Of a DNA stretch of 64,000 nt, positions 39,890 through 50,794 are shown one piece after another. The stretch is from an uncultured bacterium. Lineage in GTDB: Bacteria > Krumholzibacteriota > Krumholzibacteriia > LZORAL124-64-63. Made by a program: the position numbers and the translations under genes. Position 1 is the first letter of the stretch; each line of letters opens with the position of its first letter. The stretch is from contig CAVSZB010000006.1 in the NCBI GenBank assembly GCA_963732385.1, positions 1-64,000 of the forward strand, written 5' to 3'. The notes beneath the pieces are model-generated. The model had not been told where the DNA came from, did not search any database, and saw only the letters and a program-made list of their open reading frames with translations.

Positions 39890-39928
39890 CTTAACGGAAT
39901 CCTAACACGCGCCTAATCTCTACTGAAA
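39890..39928 (+). promoter_or_regulatory. Putative Pho boxes (11-bp periodic direct repeats)
   Basis: CTTAAC 39890, CCTAAC 39901, CCTAAT 39912, CTGAAA 39923 in an AT-rich patch upstream of the porin-pst operon. Confidence 0.65.
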
Positions 39929-40008
39929 CTTCGCGTTCTACCGTGTCGACGCTGGCCCGTCGGGGGTAGAGCGCGCCAGGCGCAACAGAACAAGGCAGGA
40001 GGATCCCC

Positions 40009-41256
40009 ATGAATCTGACGAGTGTGCGACTGAAAATCATGATGATCGTGTTCGCCGTATCGCTGGCGCTGATCAACGGTGGCGCGCGCGCGGCAGAGGA
40101 GAATCCTCTGGACGGCCCGAAGGTGAGCGGCGAGGCGTACATCGACTGGAGCCGGTACGACGTCCAGGATGCCACCTCGAACGAATTCTCGCTCAAGCGC
40201 GGCTACGTCACGGTCACGAAGAAGGCGAATCCCTGGCTGAGCTTCCGGTACACCCTCGACGTCAAGCAGGCCTCCTCCAGCGCGACCGTCAGCCAGGAAA
40301 CTGAAGATGAGCCGATCACCGTCACGCCGGCCAACGCGCTCGACGGCAACTACGTCTTCCGCACCAAGTACCTGTTCGCGGAGATGATTCTCGGCGACGC
40401 CGGCTTCCTGTCGGACGTGCGGGCGCGCGTCGGTATGCAGCATGTCGGGCCGGACGACTTCGAGCAGAGCCTGAATCCATACCGTGCGCAGGACCGCAAC
40501 TGGCTCGAGCGCGGCGGGCTGTTCGGCACGGCCGATCTCGGCGTCGGCCTCAACGGCGCCTTCGGCGGCAAGCTCGCGGACGCGAAGGCGAAGACCGGCA
40601 GCAGCAAGTACGACGGCCGGCTCGGCTCCTTCCAGATCGCCCTGACCAACGGCAGCAACTACGACAAGGCGGAGAAGAACGAGAACAAGCTGTTCAGCGG
40701 CCGCGTCAGCGTGCGGCCGGCGGCCGCGGCGGCGCCCGGCCTGCAGTTCACGGCGGCCGGCGCCTTCGGCAAGGACAACACGCTCGACGGCCCGGATGCG
40801 GCCGGCGTCGACTTCAACTTCCTGATGGGGATGGTGAGCTGGCAGTCGCCGATGTTCACCGCCTACGGCCAGTACGTCACTTCGGAGAACAACCAGGCGG
40901 GCAGCTACGCGTTCGGCAGCGGCGTGGCGCGCCAGGGACTGCAGGGGCAGTCCTGGTCGGCCTTCGCCTCGGTCCGGTTGCCCGACGCCGGCAGTCGCTG
41001 GGCTCTGTTCGGACGCACCAGCCATGTGGACCCCGACGCCGATGACGATGTGACGACCGCCGACGAGAAGACCGGGCTGACCCTGCTCACGGGGGGCGTC
41101 TCCTGTGAGATCGCGAAGGGCAACATGTTCATCGCCGCCTTCGAGAACACCAGCTACGACCCCTACGCCAACGTGCTCGGCAAGGCGCCGACCGCGGCCC
41201 GGCGTGATCTGAAGGACGATCAGCGCCTCCAGCTTGTCTACAGGCTGGAATTCTAG
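40009..41256 (+). CDS. Outer membrane porin, probably phosphate-related
   Basis: Signal peptide, amphipathic beta strands, FSLKRGYVT, terminal YRLEF beta-signal; heads the pst operon. Confidence 0.8.
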   Translation: MNLTSVRLKIMMIVFAVSLALINGGARAAEENPLDGPKVSGEAYIDWSRYDVQDATSNEFSLKRGYVTVTKKANPWLSFRYTLDVKQASSSATVSQETEDEPITVTPANALDGNYVFRTKYLFAEMILGDAGFLSDVRARVGMQHVGPDDFEQSLNPYRAQDRNWLERGGLFGTADLGVGLNGAFGGKLADAKAKTGSSKYDGRLGSFQIALTNGSNYDKAEKNENKLFSGRVSVRPAAAAAPGLQFTAAGAFGKDNTLDGPDAAGVDFNFLMGMVSWQSPMFTAYGQYVTSENNQAGSYAFGSGVARQGLQGQSWSAFASVRLPDAGSRWALFGRTSHVDPDADDDVTTADEKTGLTLLTGGVSCEIAKGNMFIAAFENTSYDPYANVLGKAPTAARRDLKDDQRLQLVYRLEF

Positions 41257-41293
41257 GATCTGCCGCAGCCCTCTGCGGAGAGAGGTGGTTCCG

Positions 41294-42289
41294 ATGTCCC
41301 GCAAGCTCCCCGCCGTCCTGTGCCTGACGCTCGCTCTCACGGCCGCTGTGTTCGTGGCGCCGGCGGCGGCCCAGACGGCGGTCGACGCGAAGCTGCCCGC
41401 CTACAAGCCGGTGGAGGGGGTGTCCGGCGGCCTCAAGAGCATCGGGTCGGACACCATGAACAACCTGATGACCCTCTGGGCGGAAGGCTTCCGGACGTTC
41501 TATCCGAACGTCCAGATCGAGATCGAAGGGAAGGGTTCGTCGACGGCCCCGCCGGCCCTGATCTCCGGCACGGCCGCCTTCGGGCCGATGAGCCGGCCGA
41601 TGAAGGCGGCGGAGAGCGACGAATTCGAGCGGCAGTTCGGCTACAAGCCGACCGCCATGGGCACGAGCATCGACATGCTCGCGGTGTACGTGCACAAGGA
41701 CAATCCGCTGCCGGGGCTCACGCTGGCGCAGGTGGACGCCATCTTCTCCCAGACCCGGCGGGCGGGATATGCCACCGAAATCCGCACCTGGGGCGAAACC
41801 GGTCTGACCGGCGCCTGGGCCGCGCTGCCGATCAGCCTGTACGGCCGCAATTCGGCGTCGGGAACCTACGGCTTCTTCAAGGAGCATGTGCTCGCCAAAG
41901 GCGACTACAAGGCGTCGGTGAAGGAGCAGCCCGGCAGCTCGGCCGTGGTCAACGGTGTGGCCAACGACAGGGCCGGCATCGGCTACAGCGGCATCGGCTA
42001 CCGGACCGCGGACGTGCGGGCGGTCCCGCTGGCCCTCGACGCCGACTCGCCGCTGGTGCCTGCGGAACCGGAGCATGCCTACACCGGAGACTATCCCCTG
42101 TCGCGGTTCCTCTACGTCTACGTGAACGTGAAGCCGGGCGCGGCGCTCGATCCGTTGCGCCGCGAATTCGCCCGCTACGTTTTCAGCCGCCAGGGGCAGG
42201 AGGTCGTCGTGAAGGACGGCTACTATCCGGTCACGGCGGAGATGGCGCGGGGCGCGCTGCGCGCCGTCGGCATCGAGACCGGTTTCTAG
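41294..42289 (+). CDS. pstS: Phosphate-binding protein
   Basis: GSDTM, GKGSSTA, MSR, GRNSASGTY, YPLSRFLY. Confidence 0.95.
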   Translation: MSRKLPAVLCLTLALTAAVFVAPAAAQTAVDAKLPAYKPVEGVSGGLKSIGSDTMNNLMTLWAEGFRTFYPNVQIEIEGKGSSTAPPALISGTAAFGPMSRPMKAAESDEFERQFGYKPTAMGTSIDMLAVYVHKDNPLPGLTLAQVDAIFSQTRRAGYATEIRTWGETGLTGAWAALPISLYGRNSASGTYGFFKEHVLAKGDYKASVKEQPGSSAVVNGVANDRAGIGYSGIGYRTADVRAVPLALDADSPLVPAEPEHAYTGDYPLSRFLYVYVNVKPGAALDPLRREFARYVFSRQGQEVVVKDGYYPVTAEMARGALRAVGIETGF

Positions 42290-42361
42290 CGCCTCGCGGC
42301 GCGTTTTCCCCGGCTGGCGGCGGCGTGTCGCCGCCGCCAGCCTTTCCGCTCTGGAGGTGCT

Positions 42362-44827
42362 GTGCCCGCGACCGGCAGTTTTACGGGACGCTCCCGTCGC
42401 CGGACCACGAGCCGACGCGTGGTCGTGGCGGACCGCTTGGCGCGCGGCCTGATCACCGTGGGCGGCATCGCGACCATCGCGCAGGTGCTGACCGTGATGG
42501 TCTTCCTGCTCTGGGTCGCGCTGCCGCTGCTGCGCAGTGGGCGGCTCGACCGCGAGCGGACGCTGCCGGCCGCGTCGGCCGGACCGGCGCCGCTGCACTT
42601 CCTGCTGGACGAGGGGGTGCTGACCGGACGGGCCGTGACGCCGGACGGCCGTCTGTACACCTTCGGGCTCGACGACGGCGGCGCCCGCGGCGCGCGGGAC
42701 CTGTTTCCGGACCAGGAGCTGACGGCGTCCGCCTTTCCCGTCCAGGGCGGCGTGGCCGCCTTCGGCTTCGCCGACGGCAGTGTCCGGCTGGCCACGCTCG
42801 AGGCGGGCGGCGAGGCCGGCGTCGTGCCGCGGGAAGAGCTGCTGCCGCCGGGCGGCGCCGCCGTGCGACGGCTTGGCGTCGCGGCCACCCAGGGTGGCCC
42901 GGTACTAGCCGTGCTGACCGCCGACGGTCGTCTCGCGCGACTCGCCGTGCGCGAGCGGCGCAATCTTCTGACCGGGGCGGTCACGTACCAGCCGAGCGCC
43001 GCGGATCTGCCGTATGTGGCGGGACCGGCCGGCGAACCGGACCGGCTGTTCGTCACCGGCGATGGCCGCAGCGTACTGGCAGTCTGGCGCGACGGCACGC
43101 TGCAGCGTTTCGCCGCGGGGCCGGACGGGGTGCCGGTGCGCGCGGAAACGGACGATCTGACGCCCGACGGCGCCCCCCTGACCGCGCTCGCCTTCATGAA
43201 CGGCGGCGTCACGCTGGTGACCGGAGATGCTCGCGGCATCCTGCGGGCCTGGTTCCTGGTGAAGCCGGACAAGGCGGCTACGCCGGACGGCGCGGTGCTG
43301 GCGATGGCGCACGAACTTCACGGGCCGCGCGCCGCCGTCACCGCGCTCGGCGTCTCCTCGCGCGGGCGGTTGTTCGCCGCCGGTTTCGCCGATGGCGTCG
43401 TGCGGGTCTTCCACGTGACGAGCGGTCGCCGTGTCGCCACGGCGCGCCTCGCCTCCGGGGGCGCGGTCACGGCGGTTGCGCTGGCGCCCAAGGACGACGC
43501 GCTGCTGGCCGCCGACGCGACCGGCATCGCGCTGTGGCATCTGGAGGCCCGGCACCCCGAGGCGTCGCTCGCCGTGTTCTTCAAGCCGATCTGGTACGAA
43601 GGCTATGCGCGGCCGGCGCACGTCTGGCAGTCTTCGAGCGCCACCGACGAATCGGAACTGAAGTTCGGGCTGTGGCCGCTGGTCTTCGGCACGCTCAAGG
43701 CGACCCTCTTTTCGCTGCTCTTCGGAGTGCCGCTGGCGCTGCTGGCGGCGATCTTCACGAGCGAGTTCCTGTCGCCCGCCGTGAAGGCAGGCGTCAAACC
43801 GACAATCGAGCTGATGGCGAGTCTGCCGAGCGTGGTGCTCGGCTTCCTGGCGGCGATCGTGATCGCCCCCTTCACGGAACGCTTCGTGCCGTCGATCGTG
43901 TGCGGATTCGTGACGGTGCCGGCAGCCGGCCTGACGGGCGCCCTGCTCTGGCAGCTGTTGCCGCACGGGGCCGCCGTCCGCCTGGAGCGCTGGCGTTTCC
44001 TGCCGCTGGCGCTGGCCCTGCCGGCGGGCCTCGCGGCCGCAGTGCCGCTGGGCCCCGCCGTGGAGCGTCTGCTGTTCGCGGGGGACCTGAAGCGCTGGCT
44101 CGACGGGCAGGTCGGCGGTCCGGTCGGCGGCTGGATCCCGCTGCTGTTGCCGGCGGCGGCGGTGGCGGTCGCACTGGCGCTGACGCGGCTGGCCGGACCG
44201 TGGCGGCTTCGCTATCGGGACTGGAGCCGTTCCCGGTCCGGTCTCGCGGAACTGCTGCTCACCCTCCTGGCTGGTCTGGCGGCGCTGGCGCTGGCGGTCT
44301 GCGCGGCCTGCCTGCTGGGCGGGTTGGGGCTCGATCCGCGCGGACATGTCATCGGCACCTACGTGCAGCGCAACGCGCTGGTCGTCGGCTTCGTGATGGG
44401 GTTCGCCATCATTCCGATCATCTACACGATCGCCGAGGACGCGCTGTCGAGCGTGCCGGAGCATCTGCGCGCCGCCTCGCTCGGTGCCGGCGCAACGCCG
44501 TGGCAGACGGCGGTGCGCATCGTCGTGCCCACGGCGATGAGCGGCCTGTTCTCCGCCGTGATGATCGGCCTCGGGCGCGCCGTCGGCGAGACGATGATCG
44601 TGCTGATGGCCGCTGGCAACACGCCCATCCTGGAATGGAATATCTTCAACGGCTTCCGCACCCTTTCGGCCAACATCGCCGTGGAGATGCCCGAGGCCGT
44701 GCGCGACAGCACGCACTACCGGATCCTTTTCCTGTCGGCGCTGGTGCTGTTCGTCATGACCTTCGCTCTCAACACCGTGGCCGAGATCGTGCGCCAGCGC
44801 TTCCGCAGGCGGGCGTTCGAGCTGTGA
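42362..44827 (+). CDS. pstC: Phosphate permease PstC with large beta-propeller-like insert
   Basis: PLVFGTLK, ELMASLPSVVLG, GRAVGETMIVLMAAGN. Confidence 0.92.
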   Translation: MPATGSFTGRSRRRTTSRRVVVADRLARGLITVGGIATIAQVLTVMVFLLWVALPLLRSGRLDRERTLPAASAGPAPLHFLLDEGVLTGRAVTPDGRLYTFGLDDGGARGARDLFPDQELTASAFPVQGGVAAFGFADGSVRLATLEAGGEAGVVPREELLPPGGAAVRRLGVAATQGGPVLAVLTADGRLARLAVRERRNLLTGAVTYQPSAADLPYVAGPAGEPDRLFVTGDGRSVLAVWRDGTLQRFAAGPDGVPVRAETDDLTPDGAPLTALAFMNGGVTLVTGDARGILRAWFLVKPDKAATPDGAVLAMAHELHGPRAAVTALGVSSRGRLFAAGFADGVVRVFHVTSGRRVATARLASGGAVTAVALAPKDDALLAADATGIALWHLEARHPEASLAVFFKPIWYEGYARPAHVWQSSSATDESELKFGLWPLVFGTLKATLFSLLFGVPLALLAAIFTSEFLSPAVKAGVKPTIELMASLPSVVLGFLAAIVIAPFTERFVPSIVCGFVTVPAAGLTGALLWQLLPHGAAVRLERWRFLPLALALPAGLAAAVPLGPAVERLLFAGDLKRWLDGQVGGPVGGWIPLLLPAAAVAVALALTRLAGPWRLRYRDWSRSRSGLAELLLTLLAGLAALALAVCAACLLGGLGLDPRGHVIGTYVQRNALVVGFVMGFAIIPIIYTIAEDALSSVPEHLRAASLGAGATPWQTAVRIVVPTAMSGLFSAVMIGLGRAVGETMIVLMAAGNTPILEWNIFNGFRTLSANIAVEMPEAVRDSTHYRILFLSALVLFVMTFALNTVAEIVRQRFRRRAFEL

Positions 44828-44837
44828 GGAGAGGGAC

Positions 44838-46586
44838 GTGAGCAGCAGGCAGCCCAGGAGCGCCATCGCGGCCGCGGGGCCGCCCGGCGACCGGTCCGCG
44901 CCGGGCGCATCGTCGCCGCGGCGCGCCCGCCGCGACCGGTCGGGCGATGCGCGCCGCGGCGGCACGCTGCTGGCGCGCGGCGAGCCGCAGGTGTGGCTCA
45001 CCGGCGGCGCCCTGGTGACCTGTCTTGCCATGATTCTCGCGCTGCTCGGGCTCGTTCTGGCGCAGGGTCTGGGCAGCTTCCGGGTCCGGCCGGTCGTGCG
45101 CCTGGAAACGACGGCGGGCGCGGTGCTGGGCGAGGTGACCCGGGTGGAGCGCCACCGGCCCGCTGGTGGCGAGCCGGAGACCACGGCGCGCCGCCGGCTC
45201 CTGCGCCTGGGCAATTTCGAACTGACCGGTGAGCACTTCCGCTGGGTGGAGGACGGGATCGTCATCGCGGAAACGCGGCCGCCGTGGGCGCTCGTGGTGG
45301 AACGCACCGCCTGGGGCCGCTTCTACGGCGAACTGCGCGGCCTGGATGTCGCAGGGGAGCCATCCGTGACCGATCCGGCCGCCGCCTGGCGCCGGCTGCC
45401 GGCGCTGCTGGCCGAGGTCGGCCGGCGGCGCGACGCGCGCCGGCGCCTGGAAACCCACGACATCGGGGCGGTGAACCGGCGCATCGAGCGGGCCCGGCTG
45501 CAGGCCCGGACGGCCGAACTGCGTCGGGGCGCGGAGTCGCCGGCCTGGCGCGAGGCGCAGGCCGCCCTGGCGCGGGCGGAGACGGCCGGAGCAGCGGACT
45601 TCGCGCGGATCCGTGCCCGGATCGAGGAGCTCGACGCCCGGAACGCCGCCTTCTCGCTGCTGGTCGCGACCGCAGACGGCGTCGAGCGGCGTCTGCCGCT
45701 GGCGGACATCGTGCGGGTCTGCCCGCCGAACCGGCTCGGCGCGCCGGGGCGGCTGCGGGTATATCTGTCGCGCTGGAGCGAGTTCCTGAGCGCCGGCCCG
45801 CGCGAGGCGAACAGCGAGGGAGGGGTGTTCCCCGCCATCTTCGGCACCGTGGTGATGACCCTCCTGATGTCGCTGGCCGTCCTGCCGCTGGGCGTCCTCG
45901 CCGCGCTCTACCTGCGCGAGTACGCGAAGGGGGGGGCGGTGGTGAGCGCGGTGCGCATCGCCGTCAACAACCTGGCCGGCGTGCCGAGCATCGTCTTCGG
46001 CGTGTTCGGCCTCGGCTTCTTCTGCTACATCCTGGGCGGGGGGATCGACCGCCTGCTCTTCCCGGCGCGGCTTCCCACGCCGACGTTCGGCACCGGTGGC
46101 GTCCTCTGGGCCTCGCTCACGCTGGCGCTGCTGACGCTGCCGGTGGTGATCGTGGCCACGGAGGAGGCGCTGGCGGCGGTGCCCGGTTCGATGCGCGAGG
46201 GGTCCTACGCCTGCGGCGCGAGCAAGTGGCAGACGATCCGGCGCATCGTGCTGCCGCGCGCGCTGCCGGGCATCATGACCGGCATGATCCTCGCCATGGC
46301 GCGCGGCGCGGGCGAGGTGGCGCCGCTGATGCTGGTGGGGGCGGTCAAGCTGGCGCCGGAACTGCCGCTCGACGGCGTCTGGCCGTTCGTCCATGCGCAG
46401 CGCAGCTTCATGCATCTCGGCTTCCATGTCTACGATCTCGGCTTCCAGAGCCAGAACAGCGAAGCGGCCCGGCCGATGGTGTTCACGACCACGCTGTTGC
46501 TGATCGCCCTCATCGGCACGCTCAACGTGGGGGCCGTCCTGTTGCGCCGCCGCCTGCGTCGGCGTTTCCTGGTCAGCCAGTTCTAG
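44838..46586 (+). CDS. pstA: Phosphate permease PstA (long form)
   Basis: PREANSEGGVFPAIFGT, NLAGVPSIVFG, ARGAGEVAP. Confidence 0.92.
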   Translation: MSSRQPRSAIAAAGPPGDRSAPGASSPRRARRDRSGDARRGGTLLARGEPQVWLTGGALVTCLAMILALLGLVLAQGLGSFRVRPVVRLETTAGAVLGEVTRVERHRPAGGEPETTARRRLLRLGNFELTGEHFRWVEDGIVIAETRPPWALVVERTAWGRFYGELRGLDVAGEPSVTDPAAAWRRLPALLAEVGRRRDARRRLETHDIGAVNRRIERARLQARTAELRRGAESPAWREAQAALARAETAGAADFARIRARIEELDARNAAFSLLVATADGVERRLPLADIVRVCPPNRLGAPGRLRVYLSRWSEFLSAGPREANSEGGVFPAIFGTVVMTLLMSLAVLPLGVLAALYLREYAKGGAVVSAVRIAVNNLAGVPSIVFGVFGLGFFCYILGGGIDRLLFPARLPTPTFGTGGVLWASLTLALLTLPVVIVATEEALAAVPGSMREGSYACGASKWQTIRRIVLPRALPGIMTGMILAMARGAGEVAPLMLVGAVKLAPELPLDGVWPFVHAQRSFMHLGFHVYDLGFQSQNSEAARPMVFTTTLLLIALIGTLNVGAVLLRRRLRRRFLVSQF

Positions 46587-46673
46587 CTGGAGGCGGCCGG
46601 CATGCCGGGATACTCTCGACCCGCAGCAGTTCCCGCCGGCGTCATCGGCGCCGGTGGACCGGAGGTTTCCGTG

Positions 46674-47552
46674 ATGAGCGATGCCAGACCGCCGAGCCCC
46701 GCACCTGCTCCCGCAGCAGTCCCGGCGGGCGGCCGGCTGGAAGCCGCGGCGCGCGGGGAGAACGTGCCCGCGGTCGTTCACGAGAGCGTTGCCCGCGAGA
46801 CCGCGGTGCTCGAGGTGGATCGCTTTTGCCTCTGGTACGGCGCCAAGCAGGCGCTCTTCGACGTCTCCCTCGCCGTGCCGCGCGGCCAGGTGACCGCCCT
46901 GATCGGACCATCGGGCTGCGGCAAGTCGACGTTGCTGCGCTCGGTCAACCGACTCAACGACCTGCTGCCGGGAGTCCGCGTGGCGGGCGACATGCGACTG
47001 AGCGGAGACTCCATCTACGCCGCAGCAGTCGATGTGATCGAGCTGCGCAAGCGCATGGGGATGGTGTTTCAGAAGTCGAACCCCTTTCCGATGAGCGTCT
47101 ACGAGAATGTCGTCTATTCGCTGCGGATCGACGGTGAGCGCGACCGGCGCGTTCTCGACGAGGTGTGCGAGCGCAGTCTGCGGGGCGCCGCGCTGTGGGA
47201 CGAGGTGAAGGACCGGCTGAACGAGAGCGGGCTCGGCCTGTCGGGTGGCCAGCAGCAGCGACTGTGCATCGCCCGCGCGATCGCGGCCGAGCCGGAAGTG
47301 CTGCTGATGGACGAGCCGTGCTCCGCGCTCGATCCCCTGGCGACGGCCCGGATCGAGGAGCTGATGGCCGAGTTGAAGGGCGACTACACGATCCTTATCG
47401 TGACGCACAACATGCAGCAGGCGTCGCGCGCCAGCGATTACACGGCCTTCATGTACCTTGGCCGTCTGATCGAGCACGGTCGCACGGCCGACCTGTTCAC
47501 GAATCCGCGCCTGCGTGAGACCGAGGACTACATCAGCGGCCGCTTCGGCTAG
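46674..47552 (+). CDS. pstB: Phosphate ABC ATPase
   Basis: [38 protein letters not shown]; start uncertain (46602-46674). Confidence 0.95.
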   Translation: MSDARPPSPAPAPAAVPAGGRLEAAARGENVPAVVHESVARETAVLEVDRFCLWYGAKQALFDVSLAVPRGQVTALIGPSGCGKSTLLRSVNRLNDLLPGVRVAGDMRLSGDSIYAAAVDVIELRKRMGMVFQKSNPFPMSVYENVVYSLRIDGERDRRVLDEVCERSLRGAALWDEVKDRLNESGLGLSGGQQQRLCIARAIAAEPEVLLMDEPCSALDPLATARIEELMAELKGDYTILIVTHNMQQASRASDYTAFMYLGRLIEHGRTADLFTNPRLRETEDYISGRFG

Positions 47553-47595
47553 GCCGCGCCGCGGCAGCGCCCGGCGGAGGGGAGGACCGTCGCAC

Positions 47596-48273
47596 ATGCC
47601 CAGACATCTGCAGATCGAGACCGATCACATGAAGCAGCGCCTGCTCGACATCGGTGGGGTCGTAGAGGAGGCGTTCCGGCTGGCTGTGCGCGCGGTGACG
47701 GAGCGCGACGCGGCCCTGGCCAGGCGCGTCCTCGACGCGCATGACGTGGTGGATCGCCTTGAGGTCGAGCTGGAGGAAGAGTGTCTGAAGGTGCTCGCCC
47801 TCTACCAGCCGGTGGCGAGCGATCTGCGGTTCATCGTGGCGGTGCTCAAGATCAACAACGACCTCGAGCGGATCGGCGACCTGGCCGAGAACGTGGCGGC
47901 GCGCGCCCTCGCCATCGCCGATGCGACCGGGCTGGAGATTCCCTACGACTTCTCCGGCATGGCCGAGAGCGCGCGGCAGATGCTGCACGGCAGTCTCGAT
48001 GCGCTGTGCGATCTCGACGCCGCGGCCGCCCGTCGCGTCTGCGCCGACGACGACCGCGTGGACACGATCAACCGCGACATGTACCGCCGCATCAAGGACG
48101 CCATCCAGGCTCGTCCCGACCGCATCGACACCCTCCTGCACCTGTTGTCTGCCTCGCGCTATGTCGAGCGCATTGCTGACCACGCGACTAACATCGCCGA
48201 GGACGTCATCTACATGCTCGAGGGGGGCATCGTGCGGCACGGGCTGCAGGAGAAACGGGGCGGCGCGCCCTGA
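47596..48273 (+). CDS. phoU: Phosphate signalling protein
   Basis: QPVASDLR, DLERIGD, ERIADHATNIAE. Confidence 0.95.
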   Translation: MPRHLQIETDHMKQRLLDIGGVVEEAFRLAVRAVTERDAALARRVLDAHDVVDRLEVELEEECLKVLALYQPVASDLRFIVAVLKINNDLERIGDLAENVAARALAIADATGLEIPYDFSGMAESARQMLHGSLDALCDLDAAAARRVCADDDRVDTINRDMYRRIKDAIQARPDRIDTLLHLLSASRYVERIADHATNIAEDVIYMLEGGIVRHGLQEKRGGAP

Positions 48274-48317
48274 ACGGTCCCTCCGGGGGGCCGGTCGGGC
48301 GCGCCGCTGCGTGCGGG

Positions 48318-49223
48318 CTAGCGTTCCAGCAGGAAGACGTCGCCGCTGAAGGTCGTCACGTCCACGCGGGTTTCGGCGTCGCCGAGCGTGAACTTCAGTT
48401 CGCGCCCCGGCGCGTAGCGGCTGGTGCGCTTGCCGCGGGGGCCGAAGGCGTTGTCGATCTCGCCGCTGAAGGTCGTGATCGAGAAGTCGCCAGCCGGCTT
48501 GCTGCCCAAGGCGAGCGAGATGTCGCCGCTGTGGGTTTCGGCCTTCAGGGTGGCTTTGGGCGACAGGGCGCCGGTGAAGTGCAACTCGCCCGACACGGAG
48601 TTGAAGCGCAGGCGATCGACCGCGCCCGAGGTTTTCAACGCGACGTCACCGCTGACGGTGGAGAGCTCGATTTCGCCGCGCGCTCCCTCGACCGTGATGT
48701 CTCCACTGACCGATTCGGCCGCGACATCGGCGCTCGACGCTTCGATCACGATCATCCCGCTGACGGTCTGGGCGGTGATTTCGCGGGCGGCGCCGCGCGC
48801 CGTGATGTCGCCGCTGATGGCGTGCAGATCGAGCAGGCCCGTGACATCGGTCACCTCGACCTCGGCGCTCACCGCTTCGACCTCGACCCGGCTCCCTCTC
48901 GGCACGCGGATTCTCAGTTCGGACCCCTCGACGTGGCGCGCGTGGCGCGGGAGGATCACCTCCACGACGGTGCGCCGGCCCTCGCTGGTGAAGTCGAGCC
49001 TCTCCGCGCCGTCGCCGAGCGTGCCGGTTACGGTGACCTTCGCTTCTGCCCACCCTTCCACGATGATGCTGCCAGCGAGGTTCTTGATCGTCACGGTGCC
49101 GTCAGGCGTGGCCGGCAGGCTGCGGTCGATGTCTTCCTGTGCCTGTCCGCAGGCGGTGATCGCGGTCAAGACGACCAGGGCGGCGGCGGTCAGGGTCAGG
49201 CGGTTGCGGGTTCCGCGGGGCAT
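48318..49223 (-). CDS. DUF4097-like beta-strand repeat protein
   Basis: Signal peptide; many (T/S)VSGD(I/V) repeats. Confidence 0.85.
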   Translation of the reverse strand: MPRGTRNRLTLTAAALVVLTAITACGQAQEDIDRSLPATPDGTVTIKNLAGSIIVEGWAEAKVTVTGTLGDGAERLDFTSEGRRTVVEVILPRHARHVEGSELRIRVPRGSRVEVEAVSAEVEVTDVTGLLDLHAISGDITARGAAREITAQTVSGMIVIEASSADVAAESVSGDITVEGARGEIELSTVSGDVALKTSGAVDRLRFNSVSGELHFTGALSPKATLKAETHSGDISLALGSKPAGDFSITTFSGEIDNAFGPRGKRTSRYAPGRELKFTLGDAETRVDVTTFSGDVFLLER

Positions 49224-49274
49224 GGGTCGCTCCTTTCACTCGGACCGGAACGGGCATCGTCCGGTCCCGTTGAT

Positions 49275-50033
49275 TCAGGCCAGCGCGCGCGTCGTCTGCA
49301 GCGTCGCGCGGCGCAGAAGATCGATTCGTCCGGCGTACCCGCTGACGAGCAGGCGCGTCAGCAGCGGGTTGCCCGGTTCGTTTTCCAGGGCGGCGCGCGT
49401 TTCCGCAAGCGCCGCATCGATGGTCCGGAGGCCGCGCAGGATCCCCGCGCCGTCGGCCGCCGAATCGACGGAGTCCGACTCCACGCCACGCAGCGCCGCC
49501 AGATATTCGTCCTGGGCCTGGCTGCTGCCCGATTCCAGGTCGCGCAGGGTGGCGGCCAGGAGCAAATCGGTCGCCACGGGCGCGGTCGGTGCCGCGGCGT
49601 TCGCACGGGGCGCGGCGCGGCCGGCGTCGCGGTCCGGAGCCCGCATCACCAGCAGCAGTGCGAGGCAGGCCGCGGCGGCGAGCCAGCCGGACCAGGCCCA
49701 GCCGGGGCGGAAGTCGCGGCGGGCGGTGGCTTTGCGGGGCAGGTTCCCGCCGGTTGAGGCGGGCGAGGGAGCGGTGCGTCCGGGCTGTTCGCGCGTTGTC
49801 ACCCCGTCGTCGCGGAGCCGGACCGCGATGCCGTCCCACAGATCGCGCGCCGGTTCAAGGGCCGGCGGCAGCGCCGCCGCGCCGCGCAGCAGCGCGCGCA
49901 ACGCCTCCGCATCGCGACGGCAGTCGGCGCACTGCTCCAGATGTTGCGCCACCTCGGCGGCGTGCGCGGGGGCCAAAAGGCCGTCGATCCAGTCGTCCAG
50001 CCGGGCCCTCAGGTTCTCATTCTGGCAACTCAT
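49275..50033 (-). CDS. Zinc-finger (zf-HC2) anti-sigma factor
   Basis: HLEQCADC, one TM helix, 4-nt overlap with the sigma gene. Confidence 0.85.
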   Translation of the reverse strand: MSCQNENLRARLDDWIDGLLAPAHAAEVAQHLEQCADCRRDAEALRALLRGAAALPPALEPARDLWDGIAVRLRDDGVTTREQPGRTAPSPASTGGNLPRKATARRDFRPGWAWSGWLAAAACLALLLVMRAPDRDAGRAAPRANAAAPTAPVATDLLLAATLRDLESGSSQAQDEYLAALRGVESDSVDSAADGAGILRGLRTIDAALAETRAALENEPGNPLLTRLLVSGYAGRIDLLRRATLQTTRALA

Positions 50034-50632
50034 GCCAACTCCTCCCGCAGCAGTCGCCGGGCGCGGTGCAGCTGCGCCTTGCTCGTTCCGACCGCCAACC
50101 CGGTCAGGGCGGCGATCTCCTCGTGCCGGTAGCCCTGTACGTCGAAGAGCACGAACACCAGCCGTGCGCCGGCCGGCAGCGCGGCGATGGCCCGCTCGAG
50201 ATCGAGCGTCGTGCCGGGAGGCGCCTCGCGACCGGGGGCATCCACCAGGCTGAGATCCTCCATCATCACCACGCGGCCGTTGCGCCGCGCCTCCGCGCGC
50301 ATCTCCTCCACCACGACGTTGACGGCCAGCCGGTGCAGCCAGGTGGAAAAGGCGCTGCGCCCCGCGAACGAGGCGAGCTTGCGCCAGGCCCGCACGAATA
50401 CGTCCTGGGTGAGGGCCTCCGCGCGCGGCACGTCACCGGCCAGGCGCAGACAGAGCGCGTACACCCGGCCGACGTGCAGACGGTAGAGTCGTTCGAAGGC
50501 CGCGGAGTCTCCCGCCTGCGCGGCGCGCACCAGCGCCGCGACCGCGAGCGGCTCCGGGCCGCAGGCTGACGTCGGAATCGGCTGAGCGACGTCCCGCGCG
50601 GGGGGCTCTGGCTGTTGCTGTGCGGCGTTCAC
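50030..50632 (-). CDS. ECF sigma factor
   Basis: AFERLY, DVFVRAW, FSTWLHRLAVN, EEIA…GTSKAQLHRAR. Confidence 0.93.
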   Translation of the reverse strand: MNAAQQQPEPPARDVAQPIPTSACGPEPLAVAALVRAAQAGDSAAFERLYRLHVGRVYALCLRLAGDVPRAEALTQDVFVRAWRKLASFAGRSAFSTWLHRLAVNVVVEEMRAEARRNGRVVMMEDLSLVDAPGREAPPGTTLDLERAIAALPAGARLVFVLFDVQGYRHEEIAALTGLAVGTSKAQLHRARRLLREELA

Positions 50633-50794
50633 GGGGATTTCGCACCTTCGCCGGGGTTCTGTGCCGTTCTCAAGTGAAGCTATGACGGTCGCGGTGGGAC
50701 AAAGGTTTGACCTGGATTGAGGTTCAGCAGCGCCGTATCCCTGACGCGACCTCGCGCGCGGCGGGATAAAGAGGCCTAATTCACTTCTTTGCAG

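Noticed and set aside
42362..46586. Unusually long PstC and PstA as a novelty
   Set aside because: Long forms with periplasmic inserts are a known variant of Pst permeases.
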